Of a stretch of 64,000 nucleotides of DNA, positions 9,827-20,255 are shown piece after piece (the stretch's first letter is position 1; the number at the start of each line of letters is the position of its first letter). A model generated the notes under the pieces. It worked only from the letters and a program-made list of their open reading frames with translations. It did not search any database and was not told the origin of the DNA. This stretch comes from an uncultured Pelagibacteraceae bacterium (GTDB lineage Bacteria > Pseudomonadota > Alphaproteobacteria > Pelagibacterales > Pelagibacteraceae), in the NCBI GenBank assembly GCA_902567765.1, contig CACFNI010000001.1, forward strand, positions 8,247 to 72,246, in the 5' to 3' direction. Both the position numbers and the translations under genes were made by a program.

Positions 9827-10507
9827 TCATTTAATAATATTTATAAAATTTAATCTTTGATAAGGATGACTAATATTGTTTGGTAACAATATGCTTTTAT
9901 CTAGATAATCAGTTACTAATTTTAATCCTAATAAAAGATTTTCAAACTCAACATCACTTTCATTGGTTTCAACGAGAAAATTTGGAACGCTTTTTGATGA
10001 ACTATTTGATTTAACAAAATACTTTTTTTGATCATTAATAATTTCTGACGAAACCAAATTTTTTAAATTTAAGTCATAACCTAAAAATTTAAACAAACTT
10101 AACTCCCAAAGTATATAGTTTTTAAGCCACTGATCATCTCTTAAATTTTCAAAAAAAATTTCAATGAGATTAAAAATTTTAAAATTTTCCTCAGACTCGA
10201 CTGTCAATAATTTTATTAAACTCATAGCTGAAGATATGCACATTAATTTATTTTTATTATCAAAAAAGAATGGGGAGTTAGCTTTTAAAATTTCAACTTT
10301 AAAATACCCTGTTGTTCCCTCCTTTTTGAAATTAAAATTAATGTGGAATTTATTACCTATTTGTAAATAATTTTTTACTTTTTTTGAAGTTCCACCAAAT
10401 ATAATACCCGAACATTTTCCATGATTTTTTGTATAAAATTCAGCAATAACCGAATTTTCATTATAAATATTCTTATGGATTAAAAAACCCTCATCTATCC
10501 AGTTCAT
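9827..10507 (-). CDS. recO: DNA repair protein RecO
   Basis: MNWIDEG..I....NENSVI...T..HG start typical of alphaproteobacterial RecO; WELSL...LGY; follows rnc. Confidence 0.88.
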   Translation of the reverse strand: MNWIDEGFLIHKNIYNENSVIAEFYTKNHGKCSGIIFGGTSKKVKNYLQIGNKFHINFNFKKEGTTGYFKVEILKANSPFFFDNKNKLMCISSAMSLIKLLTVESEENFKIFNLIEIFFENLRDDQWLKNYILWELSLFKFLGYDLNLKNLVSSEIINDQKKYFVKSNSSSKSVPNFLVETNESDVEFENLLLGLKLVTDYLDKSILLPNNISHPYQRLNFINIIK

Positions 10508-11174
10508 TTTTTTTAATACTTTTTAATAAATTTAATGCTGCATTTTGTTCGGCATCTTTTTTGGATGGGCCGCTACCTTTAACGAAAGTTTGATTTTTTA
10601 GTTTTACTCCTATTTTAAAAATAGGTTTATGATTAGGTCCTGAAGTACTAATTAATTTATAGATAGGTAAAACTTTAAATTTTTTTAAAGAGTATTCTTG
10701 TAATTTAGTTTTAGGATCTACATAAGTTTGTTGGCTTAAACTTATATGTTTTTTCCAAAGTCCAAGAATAAATTTTTCTACAAAATCTATGCCTTTGTCG
10801 AGATAAACAGCTCCAATTAAAGACTCGCAGGTATCAGAAATTATTTTATCTTCTATTCTAATAATCTTTTGCTTTGAATTTCCAACAAATATGAATTTTT
10901 CTAAGTGTATAGATTTAGCAACCTCCAAACATTTTTTTTTATTAACTAATGCAGCTAATTTTTTATCAAGAGATCCTTCTGTATCTTTGGGATATTTTTC
11001 AAGTAACTTTTTTGAAATTATCAATCCTAAAACTCTATCCCCTAAAAATTCTAGTTTTTCATTACTATCAACAGAATTAAAGCTTTTGTGTGTTAAAGAT
11101 TTTTTTAATAGTTTTTGATTTTTAAACTTAATGTTTATTATTTTCTCTAATTTATTCAATTCAACATTTATCAT
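10491..11174 (-). CDS. rnc: Ribonuclease III
   Basis: NEKLEFLGDRVLG signature plus dsRBD (DPKTKLQE...SKKDAEQNAA). Confidence 0.98.
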   Translation of the reverse strand: MINVELNKLEKIINIKFKNQKLLKKSLTHKSFNSVDSNEKLEFLGDRVLGLIISKKLLEKYPKDTEGSLDKKLAALVNKKKCLEVAKSIHLEKFIFVGNSKQKIIRIEDKIISDTCESLIGAVYLDKGIDFVEKFILGLWKKHISLSQQTYVDPKTKLQEYSLKKFKVLPIYKLISTSGPNHKPIFKIGVKLKNQTFVKGSGPSKKDAEQNAALNLLKSIKKNELDR

Positions 11175-11908
11175 AATATTTTTTTAAATATACGTTTGAA
11201 CCTAAAAGATTTATGCCATTTCCAAAATTCAAAAACTCTACCAATTTTATAATTTGATGAAAAAAATATAAATTGTGCTTTACCAACAAGATTATTTTCA
11301 TGCACATATCCAACACTTGATAAGAATCTGCTATCTTTTGAACAATCTCTATTATCGCCTAAAAAGAAATAGTGATTTGACGGTACAATAAACTTGTCTG
11401 AATTTTTGAATCTGAATGTTGTCCTATAAGATGCTATGTATTTTTTTTTATTAGGAAGTTTTTCTTCAAATGTGTTAACAGTCATTTTTTTATCACCACA
11501 ATAAATTTGATCTTTTTTTGATATTATACTTTTAAGTATTTGGTTATCATTTAAATAGACATCCCCATCAATAAATTGAATGCTGTCACCTGGTAACCCT
11601 ATAAGTCTTTTAATATAATCTGTTCTATTATCTGAAGGTGTTTTAAAAACTACAACATCTCCTCTTTCTGGCTTGTAACTTAAAATTCTACCTTTAAAAA
11701 GTGGAGGACTAAATGGAAATGAATGTTTACTATAACCATATGAGTATTTAGTTACAAATAATCTATCACCCACTAAAAGATTTGGCTCCATTGATGATGA
11801 TGGTATGTAAAAAGGTTGAATTAACAGCGATCTAATAAGCAAAGCAATTACTAAAGCATAAAATAATGTTTTTAAATTATCTAAAATATAATCTTTATTT
11901 ATTTTCAT
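11171..11908 (-). CDS. lepB: Signal peptidase I
   Basis: IPSSSMEP, YIKRLIGLPGD, GDNRDCSKDSR. Confidence 0.98.
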   Translation of the reverse strand: MKINKDYILDNLKTLFYALVIALLIRSLLIQPFYIPSSSMEPNLLVGDRLFVTKYSYGYSKHSFPFSPPLFKGRILSYKPERGDVVVFKTPSDNRTDYIKRLIGLPGDSIQFIDGDVYLNDNQILKSIISKKDQIYCGDKKMTVNTFEEKLPNKKKYIASYRTTFRFKNSDKFIVPSNHYFFLGDNRDCSKDSRFLSSVGYVHENNLVGKAQFIFFSSNYKIGRVFEFWKWHKSFRFKRIFKKIL

Positions 11909-12291
11909 TATTTTTGAAAAATTACGAATGCTATAGAATAATTTTTTTCATCGGTTATGGATAGAAAGAAATTAAATTTTTTTGTTTTATGTTTTTTATA
12001 AATAATTGCTTTAACTTTTTTATTTATTTTAAAAAAAGGTTTCCCAGATTTATCATTTTTAACAACTATATCTTTGAAGTTTAAATTACAGCTTATACCT
12101 GTACCTAAGGATTTTGAAAAAGCCTCTTTTGCAGCAAATCTTTTTGCAAAAAAGGAGGTTTTATCAAACTTTTTTCTCGAACTATTAATTTCATCTTTTG
12201 AAAATACTCTATTTATGAATTGTCTATTTTTTAACATATTTTTAATTCTTGAATTTTTTGTAATATCAACGCCGATTCCAGTTATTTTCAT
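11908..12291 (-). CDS. acpS: Holo-ACP synthase
   Basis: GIGVD, AKRFAAKEAFSKSLGTG. Confidence 0.96.
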   Translation of the reverse strand: MKITGIGVDITKNSRIKNMLKNRQFINRVFSKDEINSSRKKFDKTSFFAKRFAAKEAFSKSLGTGISCNLNFKDIVVKNDKSGKPFFKINKKVKAIIYKKHKTKKFNFFLSITDEKNYSIAFVIFQK

Positions 12292-12293
12292 AA

Positions 12294-13013
12294 TTACTTT
12301 TTTAGTATACCCTTAAACTTTTTAATGACATTTTTAATTCCATAAAAAAAAGACTCTCCAATAATAAAATGGCCGATATTAAATTCTTTGATTTCTTTTA
12401 TGCTATTTAGAATTTTAGTAGTTTTATAGTCCATCCCATGTCCTGCATGCACTTCAAGTCCTAAGTTAATTGCATATTTTGCACATTTCTTAATCTTTTT
12501 TAATTCCCTAGAATAATCTAGGTTTGCTTTAATTAACTCAGATATCCTGCCTGTATGTATTTCGATACATTCTGAATTTATCTCTTTTGATAGTTTTATA
12601 TCTTTTAGAGAAGGATTAACAAAAAGACTTGTTCTAATATTAGCTTTGTTTAAATATTTTAAAATTTTTTTTAACTTTAATTTATTTTTTAAAATATTGA
12701 GACCTCCCTCAGTGGTAACCTCTTTTCTTTTTTCAGGTACAATACATACATAATTGGGTTTATTTTTTAATGCAATTTTAAGCATTTGAAAATTAGCTGC
12801 CATTTCTAAATTAACAATGATTTTATTATTTTTACAAATTTTTTTAACATCTAGATCTTTAATGTGACGTCTATCTTCTCGAAGATGTATCGTAATAGAG
12901 TCTGCTCCATACTTTGTTGCCACAATTGCCGCTATATGAGGATCTGGATGAATTCCACCTCTTGAATTTCTAATAGTTGCTACATGATCTACGTTAATAC
13001 CTAATTTTTTCAT
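12294..13013 (-). CDS. pdxJ: Pyridoxine 5'-phosphate synthase
   Basis: NVDHVATIRNSR, HLREDRRHI, TTEGG, HAGHG, EFNIGHF. Confidence 0.98.
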   Translation of the reverse strand: MKKLGINVDHVATIRNSRGGIHPDPHIAAIVATKYGADSITIHLREDRRHIKDLDVKKICKNNKIIVNLEMAANFQMLKIALKNKPNYVCIVPEKRKEVTTEGGLNILKNKLKLKKILKYLNKANIRTSLFVNPSLKDIKLSKEINSECIEIHTGRISELIKANLDYSRELKKIKKCAKYAINLGLEVHAGHGMDYKTTKILNSIKEIKEFNIGHFIIGESFFYGIKNVIKKFKGILKK

Positions 13014-13597
13014 CTAATAAACCTACTACCGGGTTTAGAAATAGGTTTTTTTTTTAAATATTTAGGTAAATTTTTTTTATTAAAAGTTGGAATGTCAATT
13101 TTAATATGAGATATTATTTTTTTTTTAATTAAAAGACTTTTTTTATTAGATCTATCAATTATTGAAGCAAACCCTATTAGCTTAGCCTTAGATTTTACCA
13201 GCAATTTAGAACATTCGAGACTAGACTTTCCTGTAGTAATCACATCCTCAACAATTAGAACTCTCTTGTTTTTTTTTATATTAAAACCTCTTCTTAAGGC
13301 GAACTTTCCATTAACACGTTCACAAAAAATTGTTTCCTTTTTTAAAAGCTTTCCTATTTCATAACCAATAATAATGCCGCCCATTGCTGGTGATAATATT
13401 AAATCAATTCTCTTAAATTTTTTTTTAATCTTGTTAGCTAACGAAATGCAAATTTTATTTGCGATATGTGGAAAGCTTAGAAGCTTTGCACATTGAACAT
13501 ATTGAGGTGAATGCAGTCCTGATGATAAAACAAAATGGCCATCAATTAGAGCATTAGTTTTTTTTAAAATATTTAAAGATTTTTTGTGTGAAAGCAT
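13010..13597 (-). CDS. pyrE: Orotate phosphoribosyltransferase
   Basis: GHFVLSSGLHS, IVEDVITTGKS PRPP motif. Confidence 0.96.
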   Translation of the reverse strand: MLSHKKSLNILKKTNALIDGHFVLSSGLHSPQYVQCAKLLSFPHIANKICISLANKIKKKFKRIDLILSPAMGGIIIGYEIGKLLKKETIFCERVNGKFALRRGFNIKKNKRVLIVEDVITTGKSSLECSKLLVKSKAKLIGFASIIDRSNKKSLLIKKKIISHIKIDIPTFNKKNLPKYLKKKPISKPGSRFIR

Positions 13598-15302
13598 TTT
13601 TCTTATTTTCGTGCCTTATGATTTTAAATTTAATCTGTTTTTGTTTTAACTCACTGATAAAATTTGTAAAGTTTTTCAGATCATTTATTGTTAAATTAAA
13701 TCTGAAATTTATATAATCCTTGGTCTTTTCCTTCATTTCTACGCTAGATATGTTGAGTTTGTGAGTACCTATAAGCGTAGAGACCTCACCTAACTTTCCG
13801 GGCTTGTCAGGTAAAGAAATCCACACGATTGTATTATATTTTTTAATTCTTACATCAGTTTTATTGTTGTCTTTTGTTTGCCAATATTTCCTAATTGCTG
13901 CTCTTGCTTTTCCAGTTTTTGTTAAAGGCAGCCAATGTAATGATGGTGATTTATTTTTAGATGTGATGATTTTTACTATATCGCCGTTACGTAAGATACT
14001 TTGAAGGTCACTTTCTTTACCATTAATTTCACATCCAATTGCAGTATCACCAATCTTTGTATGAACAGCATAAGCAAAATCAATCGGTGTAGCATCTTTA
14101 GGGAGCTTAATAACCGACCCTTTAGGCGTAAAACAGAAAGTATTTTCCTGAAACATCTGTAATTTTGTATATTCAAAGAAATGTTCAGGATTTTCATTTC
14201 TATCCATTATATCTACTAAATCTTTTAACCAATCGTATTCTTTCCATGTAAGAGAATTAAATTTCTCTGAGGATTTGTATTTCCAGTGAGATGCTATACC
14301 TCTCTCAGCAAAATCATGCATTGGCTGAGTTCTAATTTGAATTTCAATTGGTCTTTTATTTGGACCTATTATTGCGGTATGTAAAGACTTATACTGATTT
14401 ATTTTAGGTGAAGAAATATAATCTTTAAACTTACCTGGTATACAGTTGTACTCTCTATGAAAAATACCAAGAGCTTTATAGCAATCATCTATATTATCTA
14501 AAATTATTCTAAAACCTATTACGTCAGTTATTTGTTCAAGAGAAACCCTTTTCTTTTGCACCTTTCTCCAAATTGAAAAAGGTGTTTTTTCTCTACCAAT
14601 AATTTTTGCATTAAGTTTATATTGGTTTAATAAATCGCTAAATTTATATGAAATAGAATTAAATGAATTAACTTTATCATCTTTAATTTCATCTAATCTT
14701 TTTTTTATCAATTCCCTTGCTTCATTATTCAGAACCTGGAAGGATAAGTCTTCTAATTCATCTCTAATTCTATGCATTCCCATTCTATCGGCAAGAGGTG
14801 CATATATTTCCATAGTTTCTTTTGATTTTCTTATCTGTTTATCCTTATCTTTAACAAACTTTATGGTTCTCATGTTGTGCAATCTATCAGCTAACTTAAC
14901 TAGTAAAACTCTAATATCTTTAGAAGTCGCTAAAATAAGTTTTCGAAAATTTTCAGCTTTTGAATTTGCTACTGCCTGATTTTCAAATTCAGAAATTTTT
15001 GTTACACCATCAACTAAATCTGCAACTTCTTGACCAAATTCGCATTTAATTGTTTCATATGTTGCTTGCGTATCCTCAATTGTGTCATGGAGTAAACCTG
15101 TGGCTATTGTTGCGCTATCTAATTTTAATTCTGTCAAAATACTTGCTACAGCAATAGGATGAATTATGTAAGGTACACCTTCATCTCTTTTTTGAGTCTT
15201 GTGTGCTTTTAAAGCAAATTCATAAGCTTTACTTAGAGTTTCTGGATTCAGAAATTTATTATATGATTTTACTTTATTTATTAAATCATCAGATTTGAGC
15301 AT
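13554..15302 (-). CDS. spoT: Long RelA/SpoT-family (p)ppGpp synthetase/hydrolase (Rsh/Rel), shortened C-terminal region
   Basis: HD motif (LLHDTIED), KLADRLHNMRT, YKSLHT, EIQIRT, ASHWKYK, TGS (DFAYAVHT) and C-terminal ACT; 582 aa. Confidence 0.96.
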   Translation of the reverse strand: MLKSDDLINKVKSYNKFLNPETLSKAYEFALKAHKTQKRDEGVPYIIHPIAVASILTELKLDSATIATGLLHDTIEDTQATYETIKCEFGQEVADLVDGVTKISEFENQAVANSKAENFRKLILATSKDIRVLLVKLADRLHNMRTIKFVKDKDKQIRKSKETMEIYAPLADRMGMHRIRDELEDLSFQVLNNEARELIKKRLDEIKDDKVNSFNSISYKFSDLLNQYKLNAKIIGREKTPFSIWRKVQKKRVSLEQITDVIGFRIILDNIDDCYKALGIFHREYNCIPGKFKDYISSPKINQYKSLHTAIIGPNKRPIEIQIRTQPMHDFAERGIASHWKYKSSEKFNSLTWKEYDWLKDLVDIMDRNENPEHFFEYTKLQMFQENTFCFTPKGSVIKLPKDATPIDFAYAVHTKIGDTAIGCEINGKESDLQSILRNGDIVKIITSKNKSPSLHWLPLTKTGKARAAIRKYWQTKDNNKTDVRIKKYNTIVWISLPDKPGKLGEVSTLIGTHKLNISSVEMKEKTKDYINFRFNLTINDLKNFTNFISELKQKQIKFKIIRHENKKNAFTQKIFKYFKKN

Positions 15303-15307
15303 AACTT

Positions 15308-15316
15308 ATTATATCA
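15308..15316 (-). promoter_or_regulatory. Putative extended -10 promoter immediately before the rsh start codon
   Basis: Minus strand TGA-TATAAT-AAGTT-ATG in the 19-bp folK-rsh gap; no SD sequence. Confidence 0.45.
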
Positions 15317-15321
15317 TCAAA

Positions 15322-15846
15322 TTAGATTTGTTTAATAGTTGTTAAATCGTCATCATTTAAAAAACTAATTAATTTAGCTATATTTACTTTGTTCACTGGG
15401 TGTTTCCAGTTCTTGGATATTTCATAAAGCGGCAATAACACAAAATTTCGTTTTTTCATACGAGGATGAGGTATAATTAAATTATCAGGTCTTTTAAATC
15501 TTATAATCTTTTGATCATAGTCAATTATGTCAATATCGCAAACTCTCGGTTCATTTTTTCCAAACCTTTTTCTGCCTATTTCATGTTCAATTTTGTTACA
15601 TAATTTTAAGAGTTTTATTGGCGAAAGAGTTGTTTTTATTTTAATTACTGTATTAATATATTTAGGTTTAGTTGTGTCTGGCCAGGAAAGTGATTCATAA
15701 TTGCTTGATGATTTAAGTATTTTAATAAAATTATTTTGGAGCTTATATTTGGCTTTTTCGATGTTTATTATTTTATTGCCTAAGTTAGATCCAATTGCCA
15801 AAAAAACTTTTTTAGCTCGTTTTTCTGAAATATCTTGCTTTGTCAC
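15322..15846 (-). CDS. folK: 2-amino-4-hydroxy-6-hydroxymethyldihydropteridine pyrophosphokinase
   Basis: [30 protein letters not shown]; GTG start (exact start uncertain). Confidence 0.95.
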   Translation of the reverse strand: MTKQDISEKRAKKVFLAIGSNLGNKIINIEKAKYKLQNNFIKILKSSSNYESLSWPDTTKPKYINTVIKIKTTLSPIKLLKLCNKIEHEIGRKRFGKNEPRVCDIDIIDYDQKIIRFKRPDNLIIPHPRMKKRNFVLLPLYEISKNWKHPVNKVNIAKLISFLNDDDLTTIKQI

Positions 15847-16282
15847 GATCCCAATCTCTCCTCTTTATAGACTGTCTTTTATCATATTTTTTTTTACCTT
15901 TGGCAACAGCGATTTCGATTTTAGCCTTTCCTTTTTTAAAATACATTTTTGTAGGAATTAAAGTAAAACCCTCTTTCTGCATTTTTCCAATAACTTTGTT
16001 TATTTCTTTTTTATTTAGTAAAAGTTTTCTTTCTGCAATTGGATTATGATTTGTATAACTGGCTTCTTTATATGAAGATATATGAGAATTAACCAAAAAA
16101 ACTTCTCCATTCTTTTCTACAGCATAAGAATCTGCAATATTTACTTTTCCATTTCTTACTGATTTTATTTCAGAACTTTTAAGAACAATTCCAGCTTCAT
16201 ATATGTCTTCAAAAAAATAATTAAAATTTGCTTTTCTATTTAAACAAATAATTTTTAAACCAGGGTTGGTTTTTTTTTTCAT
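15812..16282 (-). CDS. smpB: SsrA-binding protein
   Basis: [33 protein letters not shown]. Confidence 0.98.
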   Translation of the reverse strand: MKKKTNPGLKIICLNRKANFNYFFEDIYEAGIVLKSSEIKSVRNGKVNIADSYAVEKNGEVFLVNSHISSYKEASYTNHNPIAERKLLLNKKEINKVIGKMQKEGFTLIPTKMYFKKGKAKIEIAVAKGKKKYDKRQSIKRRDWDRDKARYFRKTS

Positions 16283-17166
16283 TAACTAATAAGTTTGGCA
16301 GATAATAAAGCTTTTTTAACCTGTTCTTGTGACTCTTTTTTAATTTTAACAAGTGGCAATCTAATTTCGTCATCACACATTCCTAAAAGTTTTGCGGCAT
16401 ATTTAACTGGGGCAGGATTGCTTTCAATAAATAATGATTTGTGTAAAGGTTGCAACATTTGATCTATTCTTTCAGCTTCTTTAATTTCGTTATCAGATTT
16501 CGATTTAGAATACTTTTGCATATCTGAACAAAGTTTTGGTGCAATATTAGCAGTAACAGAGATGATTCCTACACCACCTCTTTTATTGAATTCAAATGCC
16601 AAACCGTCTTCACCAGTAAGCTGGATAAATTCTGGTCCTAATTTTTTTATTGTTTGGTCAAGCCTATTTAAATCTCCAGTAGCATCTTTAACGCCAGCAA
16701 TATTTTTTAGTTCAAATAATTTTGACATTGTGTCTACAGACATGTCAATAACGCATCTACTAGGAATATTGTAAATTATTATTGGAAGACTTGTGTTATC
16801 ATTTATTGCTTTATAATGTTGGTACAGGCCTTCTTGTGTAGGTTTATTGTAGTAAGGTGTAACAACTAATACGCCGTCTGCACCTGCTTTTTCAGCATGC
16901 CTTGTTAAAGATACTGCCTCTTCAGTTGAATTAGACCCGGTGCCTGCGATAACTGGAATTTTACCTTTTGCTTCTTGAATGCATAGTTCAATTACTTGTT
17001 CATGCTCCTTATGATTTAAAGTTGGAGATTCTCCAGTTGTACCCGCTGGAATTAGGCCATTAGTACCATTTTTCAAATGAAAATGAATTAATTTGATATA
17101 ACTATCAACATCTAGTTGATTATTTTTAAATGGTGTTATTAAAGCAACATTTGATCCTTTAAACAT
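16282..17166 (-). CDS. dapA: 4-hydroxy-tetrahydrodipicolinate synthase
   Basis: [29 protein letters not shown]. Confidence 0.98.
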   Translation of the reverse strand: MFKGSNVALITPFKNNQLDVDSYIKLIHFHLKNGTNGLIPAGTTGESPTLNHKEHEQVIELCIQEAKGKIPVIAGTGSNSTEEAVSLTRHAEKAGADGVLVVTPYYNKPTQEGLYQHYKAINDNTSLPIIIYNIPSRCVIDMSVDTMSKLFELKNIAGVKDATGDLNRLDQTIKKLGPEFIQLTGEDGLAFEFNKRGGVGIISVTANIAPKLCSDMQKYSKSKSDNEIKEAERIDQMLQPLHKSLFIESNPAPVKYAAKLLGMCDDEIRLPLVKIKKESQEQVKKALLSAKLIS

Positions 17167-17208
17167 AAATACTTATAACATAATTTATTGATTCATTTAG
17201 TAAAAATT

Positions 17209-19455
17209 ATGTCACAAAAACCATTTTTATTTATAAAGATATTGTTAGTTTTGTTAGTATTTAGTGTAACAAGTTACGCAGAAAATCTTAAAATATTGCC
17301 AAAGAAAAAGCCAAATCTCAATAAAGAGATCATCGCTAAAAAAATTGTTCAAGGTGTTTTAAAACCAAAACCTAAGCCAAAAAATGACATAGAAATAAAA
17401 GAAAAGGAAATTAAAAAAACCAAAAAAAAAATAGAGAAAATTGAAGATAAAAGTGTAACAAAAAAAAAGGTTTTATTTTTAGTTCCTAAAAGTAAACCTT
17501 TAATCGTTAAAAAAGAGATAGAGAAGTCTAAAAAAAAATCGAAATATTTTAGACAAAAAGATTATATATTAGCAAAAAGAGCTATTCAGGAAATTGAGAA
17601 AAAAAAATGGTCAAAAGCTTTAGCAATTTCAAAAAAAGCAAAAGATAAATCTATATATAACTTTGTTCAATGGAGACATCTTTTAACTCAAGGCAATACA
17701 GCTTCATTTTATGAGTATCAAACTTTTATTAATAGAAATAGTAATTATCCTAGAATAAATCGAGTCAAATATTTAGCAGAACACAAATTATCTACTAAAA
17801 ATATATCACCAAAGAAAATAATAGAATGGTTTGATGGAGATGAACCGTTGAGTGGCTATGGAAAATTAATTTTAGGAGAAAGTCACATAGCAAATGGAAA
17901 TAATTTACTTGGAACTAAGCTAATAAAAGAAGGTTGGATAACTGCAAAACTTAGTAGGTCTGAGATGAAGTTTTTTAGGAAAAAATTTAAAAAATATCTC
18001 AAATCAGATGATTATATTAAACGAGCTGATTACTTGGCATGGGAAAATAAACATTGGGATTTAAAAAGAATGTTAAGATATTTACCAAAAGACTATCAGT
18101 TATTATATACAGCAAGACAAATCCTAATGAGTAGATCTTATGGAGTTGATCAGGCTATAGCTAATGTTCCTAAAAAATTAAAAAATGATGCAGGTCTTAA
18201 TTATGACCGTTTAAAATGGAGGAGAAAAAGAGGTAGAGTTGATAGTTCATTAGAAATTTTACTTAAAATTAAAAATACAGAAAAATATATGGTCAGACCA
18301 GACAAGTGGTGGAAAGAAAGGCAAATAATTTCAAGATCACTTTTATACAAAAAAAAATATGAACTTGCATATCAGATTGCTAGCAAACATGCTTTAAATG
18401 AAGGGCCTGAGTATGCAGAAGCTGAATGGATGAGTGGATGGATTGCATTAAGTTTTTTAAATAATCCTATTTTAGCAAAGGACCATTTTGAAAATTTTTA
18501 TAATAATGTTGGTTATCCAATTAGTCTATCTAGGGGTGCTTTTTGGTTAGGAAAGACTTATGAAAAACTTAACATAAATTTATCTAATGAATGGTATGAG
18601 AAGGCCACTAAGTATCTTACAACTTACTATGGACAGTTAGCATACCTTAAATTATATCCAGAAAAACCTTTCGAACTACCAGAACAATTAAAAATAGATG
18701 AAAAATTTAAAAAAAAGTTTTACGAAAGTGACCTTGTTAAAATAGTTTTGTTATTAGATGAACTAGATAAAGATAAATATACAAAACACATATTGAGATA
18801 TTTAGCTAATACAGATATTAAAAATGGAAGTGAAATTTTAGCAGGTGAGCTAGCCTCAAAAATTTCAAGATATGATTTTGCTATACAAATTGCAAAATTA
18901 GCATCATACCAAAAAAGATTTCACAATAATTTTAACTATCCACTTATAAGTACACCAAATTATATAAATGGAAGAAAAATTCCTGAGAATGCTTTTATTC
19001 TTTCTATTATAAGACAAGAGAGCGAATTTGATATGACTGCTCATAGTCATGCCGGTGCTAAAGGATTAATGCAATTAATGCCTTACACTGCAAAAGTAGT
19101 TGCTAAACAAGCAAAACTTCCATATGTAAAATCAAAATTAACTACAGATCCTGAATATAATATAAATTTAGGATCGCATTATATTGCAGGATTGATTTTG
19201 GAATATGAGGGCTCCTACCCATTTGCAATAGCAGCATATAACGCCGGTCCCAAGAGAGTTAAGTACTGGAAAAGATTAAATAAAAATCCACAAAAAAAAC
19301 AAATTAGTTATATTGATTGGGTTGAATTAATTAAATTTAAAGAAACAAGAAATTATGTTCAAAGAGTACTAGAAAATTATAATGTTTATAGATACATGGT
19401 CGAAAAAAAACCGGTAAAAATGAAAAACTTTTTTAAAAATGATCCACTGTACTAA
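17209..19455 (+). CDS. slt: Soluble lytic murein transglycosylase (Slt70-like)
   Basis: Signal peptide, Lys-rich linker, helical region, SLT domain (IRQES, GLMQLMP, AAYNAGP, ETRNYVQRV); likely ATG at 17209. Confidence 0.93.
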   Translation: MSQKPFLFIKILLVLLVFSVTSYAENLKILPKKKPNLNKEIIAKKIVQGVLKPKPKPKNDIEIKEKEIKKTKKKIEKIEDKSVTKKKVLFLVPKSKPLIVKKEIEKSKKKSKYFRQKDYILAKRAIQEIEKKKWSKALAISKKAKDKSIYNFVQWRHLLTQGNTASFYEYQTFINRNSNYPRINRVKYLAEHKLSTKNISPKKIIEWFDGDEPLSGYGKLILGESHIANGNNLLGTKLIKEGWITAKLSRSEMKFFRKKFKKYLKSDDYIKRADYLAWENKHWDLKRMLRYLPKDYQLLYTARQILMSRSYGVDQAIANVPKKLKNDAGLNYDRLKWRRKRGRVDSSLEILLKIKNTEKYMVRPDKWWKERQIISRSLLYKKKYELAYQIASKHALNEGPEYAEAEWMSGWIALSFLNNPILAKDHFENFYNNVGYPISLSRGAFWLGKTYEKLNINLSNEWYEKATKYLTTYYGQLAYLKLYPEKPFELPEQLKIDEKFKKKFYESDLVKIVLLLDELDKDKYTKHILRYLANTDIKNGSEILAGELASKISRYDFAIQIAKLASYQKRFHNNFNYPLISTPNYINGRKIPENAFILSIIRQESEFDMTAHSHAGAKGLMQLMPYTAKVVAKQAKLPYVKSKLTTDPEYNINLGSHYIAGLILEYEGSYPFAIAAYNAGPKRVKYWKRLNKNPQKKQISYIDWVELIKFKETRNYVQRVLENYNVYRYMVEKKPVKMKNFFKNDPLY

Positions 19456-20246
19456 TTTCTAATTTTAAATAAAAGAAATTTTAAAATACCAATAAAATAA
19501 AAAAAATTTTCCAAAGATTTAACTGGCCTGAATGTTAATAAATAAAACGTTGAAATAGGCAGAAGCAGTATTATTTGCCTAAAAATTTTTATTAGTCTTA
19601 GTTTATTATTTTTATTTTGAAAGAGATATTCTCCAAATTTAAAATTAGAAGATCTAATAAATAAACTAGACACGCTAAATGAAGAAGAGGATCCATAAAA
19701 ATGTTTTGCGGATGCATCAAAGTTAGTTATGATTTTATATCTGGTTTTTTTAATTCTATTACTTAAATCCATATCCTCCCAATAAAAAAAGAAATTTTCA
19801 TCAAACATTTTCATTTTTGAAAATTTTGACTTATCTGCCATAAAAATTCCCCCATAAAAATTATCTACTATTTTCTTTCCTTTTTTCCTTTTTGATGGAT
19901 TGATATAAGGAACTGAAATTATACAATTTTTATTATTTATAAGAGTCTTTTTTAATAATTTAATTGAATTGTCAGATATCAAAACATCGGGTTGTGTGCA
20001 TAAAAAAAACTTTGTTTTTACCTTTTTAACTAAAAAATTTATACCTTTTGCAAAACCCACATTTTTTTCTAACGAACCAAAAAACTGAACTTTTTTAAAT
20101 TTATTCTTAACCCAATTTTTTAATTCCTCATCATTACTCTGATTTAAAATTAATATTTTAAAATTTCTATATTTTTCTAAATTTTTTAAAAGTTTTTTTG
20201 GAGTTTTATAAAGTAACAAAATAATAGATATATCTTTATTTTTCAT
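19452..20246 (-). CDS. Glycosyltransferase family 2 (WbbL/rhamnosyltransferase-like)
   Basis: SIILLLY start, NVGFAKGIN, QPD (NPD-type motif), FDENFFFYWEDMDLS. Confidence 0.85.
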   Translation of the reverse strand: MKNKDISIILLLYKTPKKLLKNLEKYRNFKILILNQSNDEELKNWVKNKFKKVQFFGSLEKNVGFAKGINFLVKKVKTKFFLCTQPDVLISDNSIKLLKKTLINNKNCIISVPYINPSKRKKGKKIVDNFYGGIFMADKSKFSKMKMFDENFFFYWEDMDLSNRIKKTRYKIITNFDASAKHFYGSSSSFSVSSLFIRSSNFKFGEYLFQNKNNKLRLIKIFRQIILLLPISTFYLLTFRPVKSLENFFYFIGILKFLLFKIRN

Positions 20247-20255
20247 AATAAAAAT

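Noticed and set aside
13040-13130. Long poly-A/T tracts as phase-variation or frameshift sites
   Set aside because: They encode Lys runs in intact frames, occur throughout the window, and no gene appears interrupted.
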